Shown: in pieces, positions 25,301 through 38,236 of the stretch | How the letters are laid out: every line of letters begins with the position of its first letter | Position numbering within the stretch: position 1 is the first letter of the stretch | Source: Tubiluchus corallicola | Lineage: Eukaryota; Animalia; Priapulida | Assembly (NCBI GenBank): GCA_030141605.1 | Contig: JAQGDQ010000393.1 | Coordinates: forward strand, 154,148-218,147 | Direction of reading: 5' to 3' | DNA length: 64,000 nt | The notes under the pieces: generated by a model | What the model was told of the DNA's origin: nothing | Databases searched by the model: none | What the model saw: only the letters and a program-made list of their open reading frames with translations | Program-made: the position numbers and the translations under genes

Positions 25301-27133
25301 TTCTGGGTTGATTCAGTTAACACTTGGCGGAAAGCAGCCCTGGCTTCCTACAATACAATATAAATAATTAAAATGATACTGCACTTTTACAATGTAATGA
25401 AAAAATTTCTTTAGTAAACTCTTCTAATAAGCCTTTTTATAGTTTTTGCTATTTGTATGCGTAGTTGCTGTAGGTCAAAGGTTAAGTGAACCTAGGGACC
25501 TTATGCCTGTAACCACATGTAAGTGAAATGGGTGAAACACGTGTATATTTTTATTATATACCACACCTGTATAGTTTTACACTAACGTACTATTTTTATC
25601 CAAAAACAGCTGGCAAAATAACAGCAGCCATCCATGCAAAATGAAATAACTGAAGTAAAAATTAATACCAAGGACTGTTACTATTACTAGGTATGGGCTG
25701 TGAGGCAATGTAAAGTGTAAACAAATCCCTTGTTTGGTTCAGATAATTAATGTTATTACAGTCACTTATCCTTCGACCTTTCATGAATCATGATCATCAT
25801 CAATCGCTGGAACTGTAAAAAGGCTTACTATACCAAAAATAACCACATACAAAATGCTTTCAAAAATCATAAACATAAAATTGTAATAGTGCAAAGTGTA
25901 CATACAGCAATATTGGGCTCATATACCTTGAATTACCTGCATTAAGTGTTGGGACTGAAATTAAAGTGAGGTGCTTTATGACCAAGGTCCAAGAAACATG
26001 TGAACATTACAGTTTTTTTATAAATATAAAAATTATAACCATTTATAAATTTTAAGTAATACCACACAAAATTAATAAAAGTAGCAATTTATATATGATG
26101 TGAAGATGGATTTACATGCATGTGATGAGAACTGTTGAATTATATTAAAATCAATCACAGTTAAAAGTTTCCTAAATTCATTTCAAGGCAAATTGCTGTT
26201 AATTTAAATTTGATGCTTATTTATCTGAACATATGTGGAAGAACCAGCTTCTAGGAATCACCATGCTTCCCTGTGCACATGTTTGTACATTTATCTGCAA
26301 TTTCTTCCGTTTCAACCCAGTTTATTTTGAAAAAAGTCAAATTCTAATCTGTTGTTTTTGTAGTTTCAGTTTATGCCTTTGTATCAATAATGTATTTCTT
26401 ATTCTTCCTTTTGGCTTGATTTATAGTTTGATAATGACCTCAGTAGCTGAAACGATCGTCACTCGATAAACATGGTATCTGAGTATAGTTTATTACAAGC
26501 ATAAGGACTGATTTCCCACAGATAACCATACCAAGTACTGGTGCGACTACTTAAAAAATGTCTCTCCACATTGTGATGGGTTCACATTCATATACATATA
26601 CACATACTATTACACATAATGAACTTAGAATAGACTGTACATAATTGAAGTACAAACATACTCACATCCAACTCTAATTCTAGTTTATTAATGGTGTCAG
26701 TGAATATATTAAGATTTTCTAACTCATCCTGCAAAGAAGGGCAAGGCTTATAAAAAAACGTTGCTATTTGACAAAAACGAAAAAGACAAATTACAACATA
26801 ATTTATATAACAGTGAAAAATATTTCGCAAATAAATAATAGTAATCGTTACATTCATTCTACGATAGCTTACAAATAATTCTTTCTCAGCTAGACTACTG
26901 TATAGTTTACTGTGACGTTCACGTAACTGGGTAATTATTATAAGACAGACTGAGATTATTATAACTGATTTTAAAAATATATTATGTTACTCAAACTCTT
27001 GAAAGAAAAAGAAATTGAGAAAACATTCCAACAAGTATACCCGAACTCTTGGATCCAAAATGTCGTCATCATCACTGCATTTTCTGGAGCTTTGTCTTCG
27101 CAACTTCACTGGTGGCAAAGAAGCCATGACCAT
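16379..27133 (-). CDS. SH3BP5: SH3 domain-binding protein 5 homolog (SH3BP5/SH3BP5L/parcas family, Rab11 GEF), spliced
   Basis: Minus-strand GT-AG exons in phase: 27133-27041 (MVMASLPPVKLRRQSSRKCSDDDDILDPRVR), 26728-26666 (DELENLNIFTDTINKLELELD), 25347-25219 (EARAAFRQVLTESTQKLNVLAKKLGSCIDKARPYYDARMKAKE), 23761-23600 (AQVETQKAAVRFEKASSMHAAAVEMV...FDPTWQEMLNYATMK), 21823-21693 (VNQAEREKLESEQEH...LKRSISKSR), optional 20646-20581, 19366-19201 (PYFETKSHFNERLE...ALHNLEAISEEIHMQRKLQ), 17278-16379 (MERLALGERSAGVGAE...stop). DPRxxxELExLN, ARPYY, WQEMLNxAT, KSRPYF, LExISEEIH and GVGAE are SH3BP5-family motifs. Confidence 0.93.
17399..19023. mobile_element. Tc1/mariner (Tigger/pogo-like) non-autonomous element containing nested insertions
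   Basis: TA|CAGTAGTCGCTGCTTAA...TTAAGAGGCAACTACTG|TA: imperfect TIR with TA flanks. Confidence 0.55.
17983..18519. mobile_element. Tc1/mariner-superfamily MITE (CCGTA-type termini)
   Basis: TA|CCGTATATACTCGCATATAAGCC...GGCTTATATGCGAGTATATACGG|TA: perfect TIR, TA duplication, and internal repeated GGGGTCGGCTTATA motifs. Confidence 0.9.
19741..20276. mobile_element. Kolobok-like non-autonomous DNA transposon
   Basis: TTAA|AGGAAAG...CTTTCCT|TTAA termini with a TTAA duplication. Confidence 0.6.
20581..20646 (-). CDS. SH3BP5: Candidate 66-nt cassette exon of SH3BP5 (SLSTRRSLLQLNNLVRLHHLQLL)
   Basis: Pyrimidine-rich acceptor (TTCTTTTGCCTTTGTTTCTAG) and GTAAGT donor on the - strand. Length is a multiple of 3, phase 2/2 matches both neighbours, and the required frame is open. 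Confidence 0.7.
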
Positions 27134-27300
27134 GTGATTTTAGCTTGATATAATAACAATGCAGTTGCCTGATCTAAATCTATTTGCAAAATAAAAAATC
27201 GATAATTTTTACAACACACATAACGAAGATGATGATCGTGTTGATGATATGAAGACTATGAGAGTAACAATGTAAGCAACAAGCTTTGCCAACAATAGTT

Positions 27301-27374
27301 ATAGTATGCTTGAAAACACTATAGTACTGACAGTATAGTATGCTTGAAAACACTATAGTACCGACAGTATAGTA
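27301..27374. repeat. 34-bp tandem duplication upstream of the SH3BP5 start
   Basis: ATAGTATGCTTGAAAACACTATAGTAC(T/C)GACAGT repeated twice. Confidence 0.85.
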
Positions 27375-30300
27375 AGATAATCGGGGACTGGACGTACAGC
27401 CGTTTCGGCGCCAGACACTTTGGCGCTGGCTCACTTTGGGCGCAAGTTACATGCAATGTGAATCGATCACACAAGGACAAAATTATTGTGGCACGACGTC
27501 TACTGCCTAATTATTACCACGTAAATTTTAAAACGTATAAAGTTTTTGAAAGAAAAGAAATATTTTTGTGAATGCGGTCGTTTAAAACTGGAAACAACTA
27601 GGACCTCCCCTTTCATCCAATTGATTTATTTTCTTTATGTAGGTGTGATGTGCTATGTTTTAGACTGTTCAAGCATCTGAACGACGAACTCTGCTGAAAA
27701 TCTCTAGTTGAGAGGCCCTACCGTCTACCTTTTAAAACGAAGATAACAAAACACTTTGTGACAGTGATTACTGAAGTTGAAATATGTGAGCGATATCGAT
27801 GAACTGCAGTTGAAACTTCGTGATTAGTAACTGGCAACTAAATGAATACACAAGTAAGCAAGCAAGTTTATTAAATCACATTACAATAAAAAGACTATGA
27901 AATTTGTAGTGATGTTTGATGATCTATGATGATGTTTGATTTTATATGAAATTAAAGATGTTCGTGATGGTGAGCATTTTACTGATGTTCATTACTTTGT
28001 GAGTACATTACTGATATACTTATTTATAGAACGAAAGTGGCGCTGACGGGCCACTGGCATATCAGAATCTAGTTTTTGCTGGATCACTGCTGTGTTTACC
28101 TGTTTCGAAGGCGGAATTCTTTTATTTCTGCCTGCATAATGTCTGCAACAGACGTAACGGGCACAACATGATGACACTGATACACTAGGGTAAAAATTTC
28201 TTAACGTGCAAAAATGCGCTAGAACGCAAACTGCTGGTACTGACTACTATTTTTTAATAATTTGAAAAGCTAAAATAAAATGAAAAATTTCTAACAACTG
28301 CAAACTCAGACTCGCACGTAGAAATGCCAAAAATCTTTGGCTAGGCGTGGAAATGGCATTCGTTTTTTACTTCTTAAAAGACGTCTATTAAGTGTTGAGC
28401 ACAGCAGAGCAATGGTTACGAACAGTACAACCACTAGTCCACTGGTTTGCGATTGCGAAACTCGACTCTCTCACCTATCAGAGGCGGGCACCTTTACAGG
28501 GTGCAAAGTCTATTTTTAGTAACATTGATCTTTTGGTTGTCCTTTTCCACTTTAATGTCCTTATTTGTCTTTATTCTGTATTCCATGCATTCGTTCCCTA
28601 GATTTTTGACTTCTAGCAATCCTTGTTATTCACTGTTCATTAATATATCCGAGTTCATCATTTTTTCCATTTTCCATATCTGCTGCATTTAATCATATGT
28701 TTAGTAGTATTATCATCTTACACACTGGGCATAATAACTGATCCTTAAATCCTGATCCATGGTTGCCACATAATAACAGATGTCCACATAATATTTTTAT
28801 AATATACACAAGCAGAAGGTAGCAGAAAAATACAAACACCTGCAATACTGTTTGCAGCCAGAAAAAAGGCAGCAGTTAGCGAAGGTATAAACCTAGAGTG
28901 AGCAAGAAGTCTTTGGAATTTAAGATTTTCGTGGCAATCAATTAACAGTCTTTTTATCATGTGTTGTAACTTGTAACTGCATAGTCAAGAAAACATTTTA
29001 TCTTTCCTTTAAATGGCAACTATTTATTCTTTTGAATTACCTGATAAATTTAGTTCTCTATAGCTCTGACTTACTGTATCTGCTAAAATTGGAATGCCAT
29101 TCCACCACAGCTGCTGCTATTATTATGATAGGTCAGTAATAGTTCAGAGAAAGTTAGCATGTTTCATGTGTATAGCAAAACTTGCCTCTCAAAATCTGTC
29201 TTCACATAGAGACGAAATTTTAAACTGCTGTCGATCTTGGCAGACAATTTCAATTATTGCTCACTAGACAAATTGCTCATCTTACTCTTTAATGCCAAAG
29301 TGAAAGGTTAATTAATAAGTAATACTTAGTAATTAATAATAATTCTATGTGTCTGTTCAGTAGTATGAGACTTAAGTGAAACTGTTCACCGTAGCAGGTG
29401 CTTACTCACAATAAAAAATTAGTTCATCTAGTAGAAATGCTTTTCACTTTCTGGTTATTAGTTACTCGTGTAATAGCTGGATTTGTTGGTGCATGGAAAT
29501 AATTTTGCACAGGGTTTTTGAATGAGAAAATGCTTAGTGATCATTACAAAGCATAAACAACTTCTAACTTGTGATTGCATAAGTTTTCGTATTAGGTATA
29601 TATTCGTATTACATTACATGTATATATATATATATATATGTATATATAATTATAGCAGCATTGTTTTCATCTCCAAGTCAGACTAACTAGTATACAAAAG
29701 CAACACAGATGTATTTTTGTCGGCTGAAAAACATTAGTTCTTTTATGCAAGAAAAAATAAAAAAATAAATGACTATTCTAACAAAATAACAGCATGCAAA
29801 TAATCAATAACAAAAAAGGTTCATGATTAGTACAAAGGCACATTATTAAAATACCTTTATTCTAAAATATGAATTTTTGAAACAAGTGTGTGCGCTTCTA
29901 AACAGCATTTAATGCGCACAAAAATATGCGTATGCATTTTACAAAAATAGATTAGTTTAGCAAACAAATGAAAGAAATAAAAAGTACCCAAGTTACTTTC
30001 GACATCTTTTTCCTCATGCTGCCATTTCAGTAACACTTTTGCTATTTTTAAGGCCAACTGTAATGCCAAAAAGTTATTTACACACAAACAAATTTTTTGT
30101 CTGGGATGTCTTTTTAATTTTCAATAATCATAACTGATTACTGTAAATTTACTTATACCCCATGTCATGTATAGCTTTGGGTGTGTGTAAGTAATCTTCG
30201 TTCAATACAGTTGACTTTGAAATCACAAAGCGTCACTTCACACGTTATTTCTTTTATTTGAAAACTCAGATTCCCATCTCAGAAGTCTATTTCAGAAATC

Positions 30301-31423
30301 TAACAGACTACTAGCTAAAGTGTAATAAATGCACATAATAAATATTAATCAAAAATGCATACAATTCAACTGTTAATAAACACTAGTCGATTCCAACACA
30401 AGTAATGCTCAAATATATAATCAGTAGTATATAAATTAAAAAAGACAAATCAATTAGCTTAATAATTACGAGCCCAAAATCTTTTTCCCACGAAAATTAT
30501 CAATAAATGGTAATTATACCAGATTTTAATAAATTAAAAGGGTAAAAACCAATGTCATAATTTGTGCAAATTGACGAAATGCAATATTACTAATACGACA
30601 AAATTTAAGTAGAAGTTAGATTACACACATAAAAATACTGTGAGCTAATTTGATCATTGATATAATGAAATTGGCACTTTCAATGTTATATTAATACAAA
30701 AAAAAAACAGAATATGACGCATCACTCAGTTAATAGAGGTATATCAATACAGTAAGCAAATGAGTAAAGAAATTCATCTGATAACCATTACGATATTGTT
30801 CATCTTCATCAAATTATATGAACATCAAAAACCTCTATGGGTAAACATGAAAGATAAACATTAACAATATATTTTTCAGTTAATAATACAGAAAATTCCA
30901 CTAGAACTGTCAGAGACCAGGAACCTATAAATAAAGTAGGTACAGTTCAGTTTACGTATGTGCAGTTTTAGCAATTATCAGTATTCAATCCTCAAATCAA
31001 ATTATTTAGATACTCTAAAATGACTCTAGTTATACAGCAACTACATGTCATAAACTACACTGAAAAGGATAGAAAAAGCTAAATCTAGGGTTCCCTAAAC
31101 CTATTAAAATTTGAAGCTCATAACTATCAATTTTAGTTCAAACAACTATGCATTAATTATACTAAAGTGATTGCTAAAGCTATCCACGAAACCAATTTTG
31201 ATTTTAAAGTATAAAAACAAATTAAATTTAACAGCACTACAGTAGATATAATCATATAAACTGCTTGACTGTAAAGTGAGCATAAATTAATTATAGATGA
31301 GTTCAGGAAACAACATAATAATTACAGTGATTAGCTACGTTTATGTAACTGCTGCCAAATAAATGTGGTAAGTTTTGTTACATTAAGCTCCTTTTTCAAA
31401 CTTAATACAGTATGCTGCTGAAT

Positions 31424-33109
31424 TTACACGAGAAGTTGATCATGCAAAACATATGAAGTCTCAAGGACCTTTTCAGCTGGGTGTTCTACGGTATACTTTA
31501 GTACGAAGGTCTCGCTTTCACCATTCTTTATCGTGTGCACCCATTCAACATTATGGCGATGATTAATGCGGACAGCTGTCTCATGTTTGTCTTTTGGAAT
31601 TACAGGCTCCACCATCGTAACTTTGATTTTATCTTCTGTGCTTCTGGGGTACTGCTCTTCAACTGTTATTTTAATTGGCTTTGCTCTGGTATTCTTAATC
31701 GATATTTCTTGTTTATATGTCAAAGTAGACACTTTTGACCACAGTCCACTTTTCTCATGATATTTATGCTGGGGAGGGTAGGTTACTCGAATAGCTGGGT
31801 CAACACCCAAAGAGCAAGTGAATTCTTCCGAAGGACTAACAGAATTCAATTCTGATTTTGCTATGAAGTTGTTGTCCAGAAAAACATTGCATGGTCCAGC
31901 TAGTAAAGCATAAGGTGAGGTATTGGTGACGCAAGCCTTAAAATATGCATGGGCAGACTTTTTAGGAATGCACTGATATTCAAACTTTGGTTGCAGATCA
32001 ATAATAGCAATGCTAACCTTATGGGCAGTGCCATCGCAAGGTATGGTTGTGGGTCTTGCAATTTCAAATGTAGTGCTTGTAACACCTTCTTTAATATCTG
32101 TTACAGGCATATCCATAGGAACAGCCAAAGCACATTCTTCGAGTTCAATTGATCTGGAGAATTCAACATCTGCATCCTGTTTATTTCGAAATGATGATCC
32201 CATGCTAAAAAGTTGTATACCACCTTTCAGTTTAGGCCTAGATTTAGGTTTAGGTTTGAGAAAACTCAATTCATGAGTCTCTAAAGGTGGAACTGACCCT
32301 CCAATACTGGGCATAGCAGTCGACAAACACAGTGGTGCATTCACCCAATCTTCTTCAGTGTTTTGCTTAATCATTCCAAAATATAGTAATTTTAATGAAT
32401 AGTCATCACTGAATACACGGACATCATACTGTGGTGTCCACTCTGCGTTTGCAATGACATATGAAAAATGAAGAACTACTTCCCCGTCTTCAGTGGCATC
32501 TAGTAAAATGGATACTTCTCTTGCATAACGTGTAGTAACATGTGATGCTTTATTTAGATTTGCACGAGCTGCCTCCAGTTTTTCCTCAGCTTCTTGAATA
32601 GTTAACGCCGTGTCTTGAATTTGACTTTCCAACTGTTCTCTTTTCTCATTATACGTATTCATAAAATTGCCAACGCCTGTCAGCCATTCATCATCACCAA
32701 TCCACTTTTGACCCTCTTTACTTCCTGCACTTGAGACTGACTCCAACATGCCATCCCAACCAGTCTTCTGCTTTGTTAAGCGCTCTTCTTTAGCTTTAAG
32801 TGTCACAAGCTGCTTGTCTAAATTTGACACTTCAGTTTTTAACTCAGCAATTTTCTCAGTGCTTGTCGCCTCAGCATCTGTATCTGTGATTTGCCTCTCA
32901 CGATACGTTACTTCAGTAATTGAAGCTGACCCCTTTCCTTCCACCCTAAACGAATCCTTGTCTGCCAATTGTGAGATCTGCCTAATCACTACCTCATTTT
33001 CACCGGTTGTCAAAGTAGGTTTTACTATTCTGCAGACTTCTGCTCGGTCCTGGTAAACCACTACCCCTTTTACTGGGCAGTTTGGTATTTCAAACACTGG
33101 ATTTGGCAT
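31424..33109 (-). CDS. DUF4140 (N-terminal) + coiled coil + DUF4139 protein, F37C4.5-like / MuiA-like family, copy A (561 aa, intronless CDS)
   Basis: Uninterrupted ORF. N-terminal VxxVxVYxDRAEVxR motif, heptad coiled coil, SYVIxNAxWxPxYDVRV, IxQNTxEDW, LSTAxP, TIPxDGxxHKVxIA, LLxGPxNVFLDNNFI and SLGVDPAIRV are hallmark motifs of this family. Splice acceptor just upstream of the ATG. Confidence 0.88.
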   Translation of the reverse strand: MPNPVFEIPNCPVKGVVVYQDRAEVCRIVKPTLTTGENEVVIRQISQLADKDSFRVEGKGSASITEVTYRERQITDTDAEATSTEKIAELKTEVSNLDKQLVTLKAKEERLTKQKTGWDGMLESVSSAGSKEGQKWIGDDEWLTGVGNFMNTYNEKREQLESQIQDTALTIQEAEEKLEAARANLNKASHVTTRYAREVSILLDATEDGEVVLHFSYVIANAEWTPQYDVRVFSDDYSLKLLYFGMIKQNTEEDWVNAPLCLSTAMPSIGGSVPPLETHELSFLKPKPKSRPKLKGGIQLFSMGSSFRNKQDADVEFSRSIELEECALAVPMDMPVTDIKEGVTSTTFEIARPTTIPCDGTAHKVSIAIIDLQPKFEYQCIPKKSAHAYFKACVTNTSPYALLAGPCNVFLDNNFIAKSELNSVSPSEEFTCSLGVDPAIRVTYPPQHKYHEKSGLWSKVSTLTYKQEISIKNTRAKPIKITVEEQYPRSTEDKIKVTMVEPVIPKDKHETAVRINHRHNVEWVHTIKNGESETFVLKYTVEHPAEKVLETSYVLHDQLLV

Positions 33110-33221
33110 GATGAACCACTAGCCTGCTAAAAAGAATATATCTATGTAGCATGTATGCATATTATAATGATTATCAATTGGCGATTTGGATTATATTCGA
33201 ATAATAAATTAACATTAAATT

Positions 33222-34170
33222 TGGTTTAAACATAATTTATTGAAGGTATAACATATAGGTTTGCAACAGACAGTTTTACAACTGATATATGTTCTCCCCT
33301 AGTGGGAGCGAACGTTAGACAGATGCAGAACAATGGTGACCACAATGTACAAAAAATGTTACAATCAATATAAGCACTAATATGTAACAAGAATAACAAA
33401 CTTAATACTATTTAAAGTGCTAGGTGTTTGAAATAAAAGACTGCACTAAAACAAAAATTCGAGTGTTCACAGAATTATCTAGGGTATGGTTCACTTGCAG
33501 GAACAAACATGCAAGTTCATTTGTTGCAAGACTGTAAACATTGATGTTAAAAGCTGAAAAAGAGTGCAGAGATTTGTAAAGAAGTCTGGCCTGATGGTAA
33601 AGAGGGCAGCTAATTAAGTAATGACCGATTGTTTCATAAGTAGAACCACATTGACAATTGGGTGACACTAGCGATACATCATTTTTTACATTTTCCGAAG
33701 TACAAATCATATTTAAGTTGACAAAAACCAACTCTCATTCTAGTATGGTGTACAGATGAATTTCGAGTAATACTTGAAAAGTAAGCAGGCCGCTTATTAA
33801 AACGCATGTGATTCTTTAGTCGAGATTTAAAGATGTTTAAAGAGTTAGAGTTGCGGATATCAAGAGGTAAACTATTCCAGCACTTAACCGAGGCAGGAAA
33901 AAAGAATTAGCAAAGGCAGTTGAGTGACATGTGTAATTAGAAAAGCTTTCATTATTATGGACTGGATACAATGTAATATCCCTTACAGGTGGAGGCAAAA
34001 TATTAAAAAGGTAGTGGGGGCTAAGTGATTCACGATTTTATAAAAGACACATAAACGGAAATATTGGAAGTGCTTAGAAAAGGGGTCCAGTCCTGCTTCA
34101 AACAAAAGATTTGAATGATTGGAACCTGACATAGCACCGGTACATATGCGTGCAGCACTCAACTGAATAT
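33222..34170 (-). mobile_element. 5'-truncated, degenerate LINE (L2/CR1-group-like) 3' end
   Basis: Minus-strand remnants FFPASVKCWNSLP and CQCGSTYETIGHYLISCPLY (C-terminal CCHC knuckle), followed by a 3'-UTR-like segment ending AATAAATTATGTTTAAACC. Confidence 0.75.
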
Positions 34171-34469
34171 TATCAAGCAGGATTAAATTTGCAAATAAAA
34201 ATTTAAAACAAAATAGTAATAGATGAACTGTCTTTTAAATACTAGTTTCTGAATTCCAAACTTGTCTCCTGTAAGTGTTCTCTTGAAGCAAAGTTAAGCT
34301 AGGCTTATGATCATCCAAGATTCGAGTATAGTTCCTATCCTAGCCTTCTTAAACAAATTCAAATGTTTATAATTATGATCAATTTCATTTTCTCTTGACA
34401 GTGTGGACTGTTATTTCCAGTGATAGACCCCTATGATATTAAAAGGTGGTGTAAATTTTGCGCTGCTTG

Positions 34470-35583
34470 TGCTTGAAGGAAGCCTGGAAAAGCTCCTAAG
34501 AGGGGAAAGCTTCAACAACAAATGCCTACAGGTCCATTTGAATGTATAGCAATTGATATACTTGGCCTCTTGGAAGAAATTTTCAAGAAAAATAAAGTAA
34601 TCATGGTTGTATGTGATTATTTTACCAAGTGGGTGGAAGCATATGCACTTCCTAACCACGAGGCTTGCACTGTGGCAGATAAACTTGTAACAGAATTTAT
34701 CTGTAGGTATGGCGTGCCTTACTGATCAAGGAACCGACTGTGAATCAAGTTGTTTAAAGGTGTTTGTAAAGTTCTTCAAATTGAGAAAACTCGTACAACA
34801 GTTTACCACCCTCAGTCAGATGGTCTTGCTGAAAGGTTTAATAAAACCTTACAACAAATGTTAGCTATATTTGTAAATAAGGGATGACTGGGATGACCAT
34901 TTGCCATACGTCCTAATGGCTTATGGAGCCACAGCTCACGCATCTATGGGCTGCTCTCCCAACCTAATGATGTTTGGGAGGCAGAACAATATACCCTTAG
35001 ATATTATGGTAGGGTCACCTCCACAGCCAGAGAGGCCAACTCACTGTCCTCATGAATATGTAGAGTGGACTAAGGATGTGTTAAAAGAAGCACATGAGTT
35101 TGACTGCAATTCTCTCTGCAAAGCAGCAGAGAGACAGAAAAGAAATTATGACACCAATGTCAAGTCCAAGCAGACTAAAGAAGGTGATTGGGTATGGTAT
35201 TTTTATCCATCAGCACTCAGCAGAAAGTTAGACCAAGGGTGGCAAGGTCCATATCTTGTTTTAACCAAGATTAATGGTGTTACATATAAAATTCAAAAAG
35301 ATCCTAAATCAAATCCCAAAGTTGTTCATATAGATTATTTAAAGCCATATTTTGGTGATAAAACACCTATGGATTGGACCACATTAAGCAATGTGTCCGC
35401 GGACCATGCAGAGTTAGAAGCAGAAGAAAATGTGTCATTTTTGGGAGAAGATTGTATGAGAAGGAGCAGCTATGCAAACTTGAAGAAGCTACAGTTTATG
35501 ATTCTGCTTCTGGCTTTGAAACAGAAACCCAGCTTCGCAGAGGTGCTAGAGTGAGAAAACCACCTATCCAACTAGACTTGTAA
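34470..35583 (+). mobile_element. Degenerate Ty3/Gypsy-type integrase (pol 3' end)
   Basis: PFECIAIDILG, VVCDYFTKWVEAYALPN, FICRYGVP, DQG, TTVYHPQSDGLAERFNKTL, WDDHLPYVLMAY, SPNLMMFGR, WQGPY (GPY/F) and terminal R-x-RKPP motifs. Several frameshifts and stops; no RT or RNase H is visible. Confidence 0.9.
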
Positions 35584-38236
35584 GTCATCATGAAAATCTG
35601 CCCTGGGCAAGGCATTAGACTGCATCTATCCACACTAGTAGGGCACTGTTGCTCTGAAAATGGCTCTTCTGGTGGCATCAGAGACTTTAATATATAGTGC
35701 ACAGAAACACTGGAAAACATAAATCTTAATCTTTTTTTATTTTGTTTCAGATGAATACACCCACCCAAACATCACGATTCAAATGCAACAAATGCACTTT
35801 TAATGGAGGATCGTTACAAGCAATGTCTCGACATTGGAAGCAATGTCATGCTGGTCAGGTGATGCACCAGAGATGGCCGTTAATTGGAACAGCTGAACTA
35901 ATGCTACGGAATCGGAAGAGAGTATATGGAATTGCAGAAGCAGGTGATGGAGGAAATACATAATATGTTGGCTCCTGTGTACCCAAGACCCATCCCAAAA
36001 CCACCAGTGGCAGAGAAAAGCACTACTAGTGTGGAATCTTTGAGTTATACCAAACCCACTGCTGATTCCAACAGGGATAAGTCACCATGTAAAAACAGAA
36101 CCAAGAGAAAAAGGTCTTCCAAAGAGCGATTGGGTAAAGAAAGTTCCCCGATCAATGTGAAAATAACAAAGGTGGGACAAGCTTCTTCTGATGTAGTGGC
36201 AACTGAAGTCGCCACCCAAACTCCTTTGGACGAGAAGAAATCTATTAGTCTGCTAGGAAAGAGATGCACTAAACATCTTTCATCTTTATGCATTTTTATT
36301 CTACCTCGTGTATTCAGCATTAAGAAAAGAAGGTGCAATAGTGTGTTAAAGTTACTTTGTTAAATGTTTAGTTCTTGTTAACCTTTTTCCTAGAGATCTA
36401 AGGGAAAAATAAAAAAATTGTCATAATTTGGTTTCAAATATCTCTTAACATTATATTATGCAAAGTAATATTGCATAAGTAGTAATTATGTATTATGCAT
36501 AAGTAATTATGCAAATTTACAATTGGTTGGATATTGTGATTAACTGATTAAGGTTTCCTCATTAAAAACAACATTTTGTTTGATTTGAATGTTATACAAC
36601 CATAAGCATTATGCGATGCTTTATGTTGATATGATGCTAAAGACTGTATGTTTTACACACATATATAATAATATAGGTAAGTTAACATTGTATTTTGAAA
36701 GATATATATATTTTATAGAAATGTATCTTGCACATTTTAATAAAGTAAAGGATTTTTGCAATTTAGAATTACTGTTTGACATAATGTACTATTGGAGTAG
36801 TTGATATGATACAGTTACAATCCAGCACTTGTATTGTCACTGTCAAACAAGTGTATGAAGTAAAGATACTTACTGAAGTATCTACAACAAAGACTTGGGC
36901 AGAGCTTTGTTAACTTCACCAAAACTGCAATGAAGTGTGCAAATGCACAAAAGAAATGCCTCCTGTTCTTGACCACCTGAGGGCAGGTGGTGTAATTTAA
37001 AAGGCAGGGTGTTGTTTTTGGATTATTTAAAACCCACCTAACCTTTGCTACATAAAAAATGCCTTCGCTGGGAGCAGACATGTTTGTTTACGGAAACTAA
37101 CTATGCAACCCGATAATAGCGGGCACACAACGAGGAAATCATGCCAATTAATTAACCGACGATTATTTTTAGTAGAACATGAACAATTATTATTAATTGT
37201 TAGCTGCAAAATAATTAGGAGAAAGTAGATGACAAAGTAAACTATAAAGTAACCAATTTAGTAGCTTATTAAGAAGATCACAATGAAAATAAGTAGCAGT
37301 TGCTCAAAAACCCTCAGTTCACATGCAGTATAGAAAGGTTCGACTCTCAGAAGAGGGGCAAATTTTTTTAGACTTTCTCATTTTCTATGCATTTATATAA
37401 CCGCATTTCGCATTTAGCTATAGGTAGCTTTTCATAAAATTAAAGAAAATTTGGGTGTGAACAATTTAGTTTGATAATCATTAAAAATTCACAACTTAAA
37501 ACGAGTTCAAATGGCCACCTATAATTTATTTTTAAATGCGGCCCATTCTTGTTTTTCTGCTGTAATTCTCATGAATTGCCATTGCAACAATTCTAACTGC
37601 ACAACTGATGCACAGTAACTGTGCTAACAATGTACAATAAAACACTTGCACAGTTATCCAGGTATGCTCACTAGCGAAGCACTTTCCATGCACTGCATTA
37701 CAGCAACAACAGATGACGTGTAAATGCCTGCAATAATTACGGTGTCATCAAGTCATCAATTGGTACTTACACCTCAAAAATCACCTGGACTTATTGGTTA
37801 TTACTTATTTTAGCTTACTGCAGTTGCCCATTATCTAGTACATAAATTGTAATGAGCAAATGGAGGCGTCCAATTAAGATATCCGATTAAAGTTTGAATG
37901 ACTTCTTTCACAATAACACAGTACTTGGCTTTAATAGCTTAACTGACAACTTATCATTCTTACATGATTATAACAGCTATTTAGGTGAAATCAATATTCA
38001 TTTTAAAGTATAAAAACTAACATTTCACGAAAATTTATTAATGTAGCAGCACTAAACAATTAATGCAGAAAATTACACAAATTATCTGATTCTAAAGTGA
38101 GCAAAAATTAATATCAATCAATGAGTTTACAACCTAGCATGGTGATTAGCTTGGCTTACATGATACTTAACCCCAGTTTGATTAGTTTTGTTACATTAAT
38201 AACCTCATTTCTTAGAGCAGTGTATTACTGATTAAA

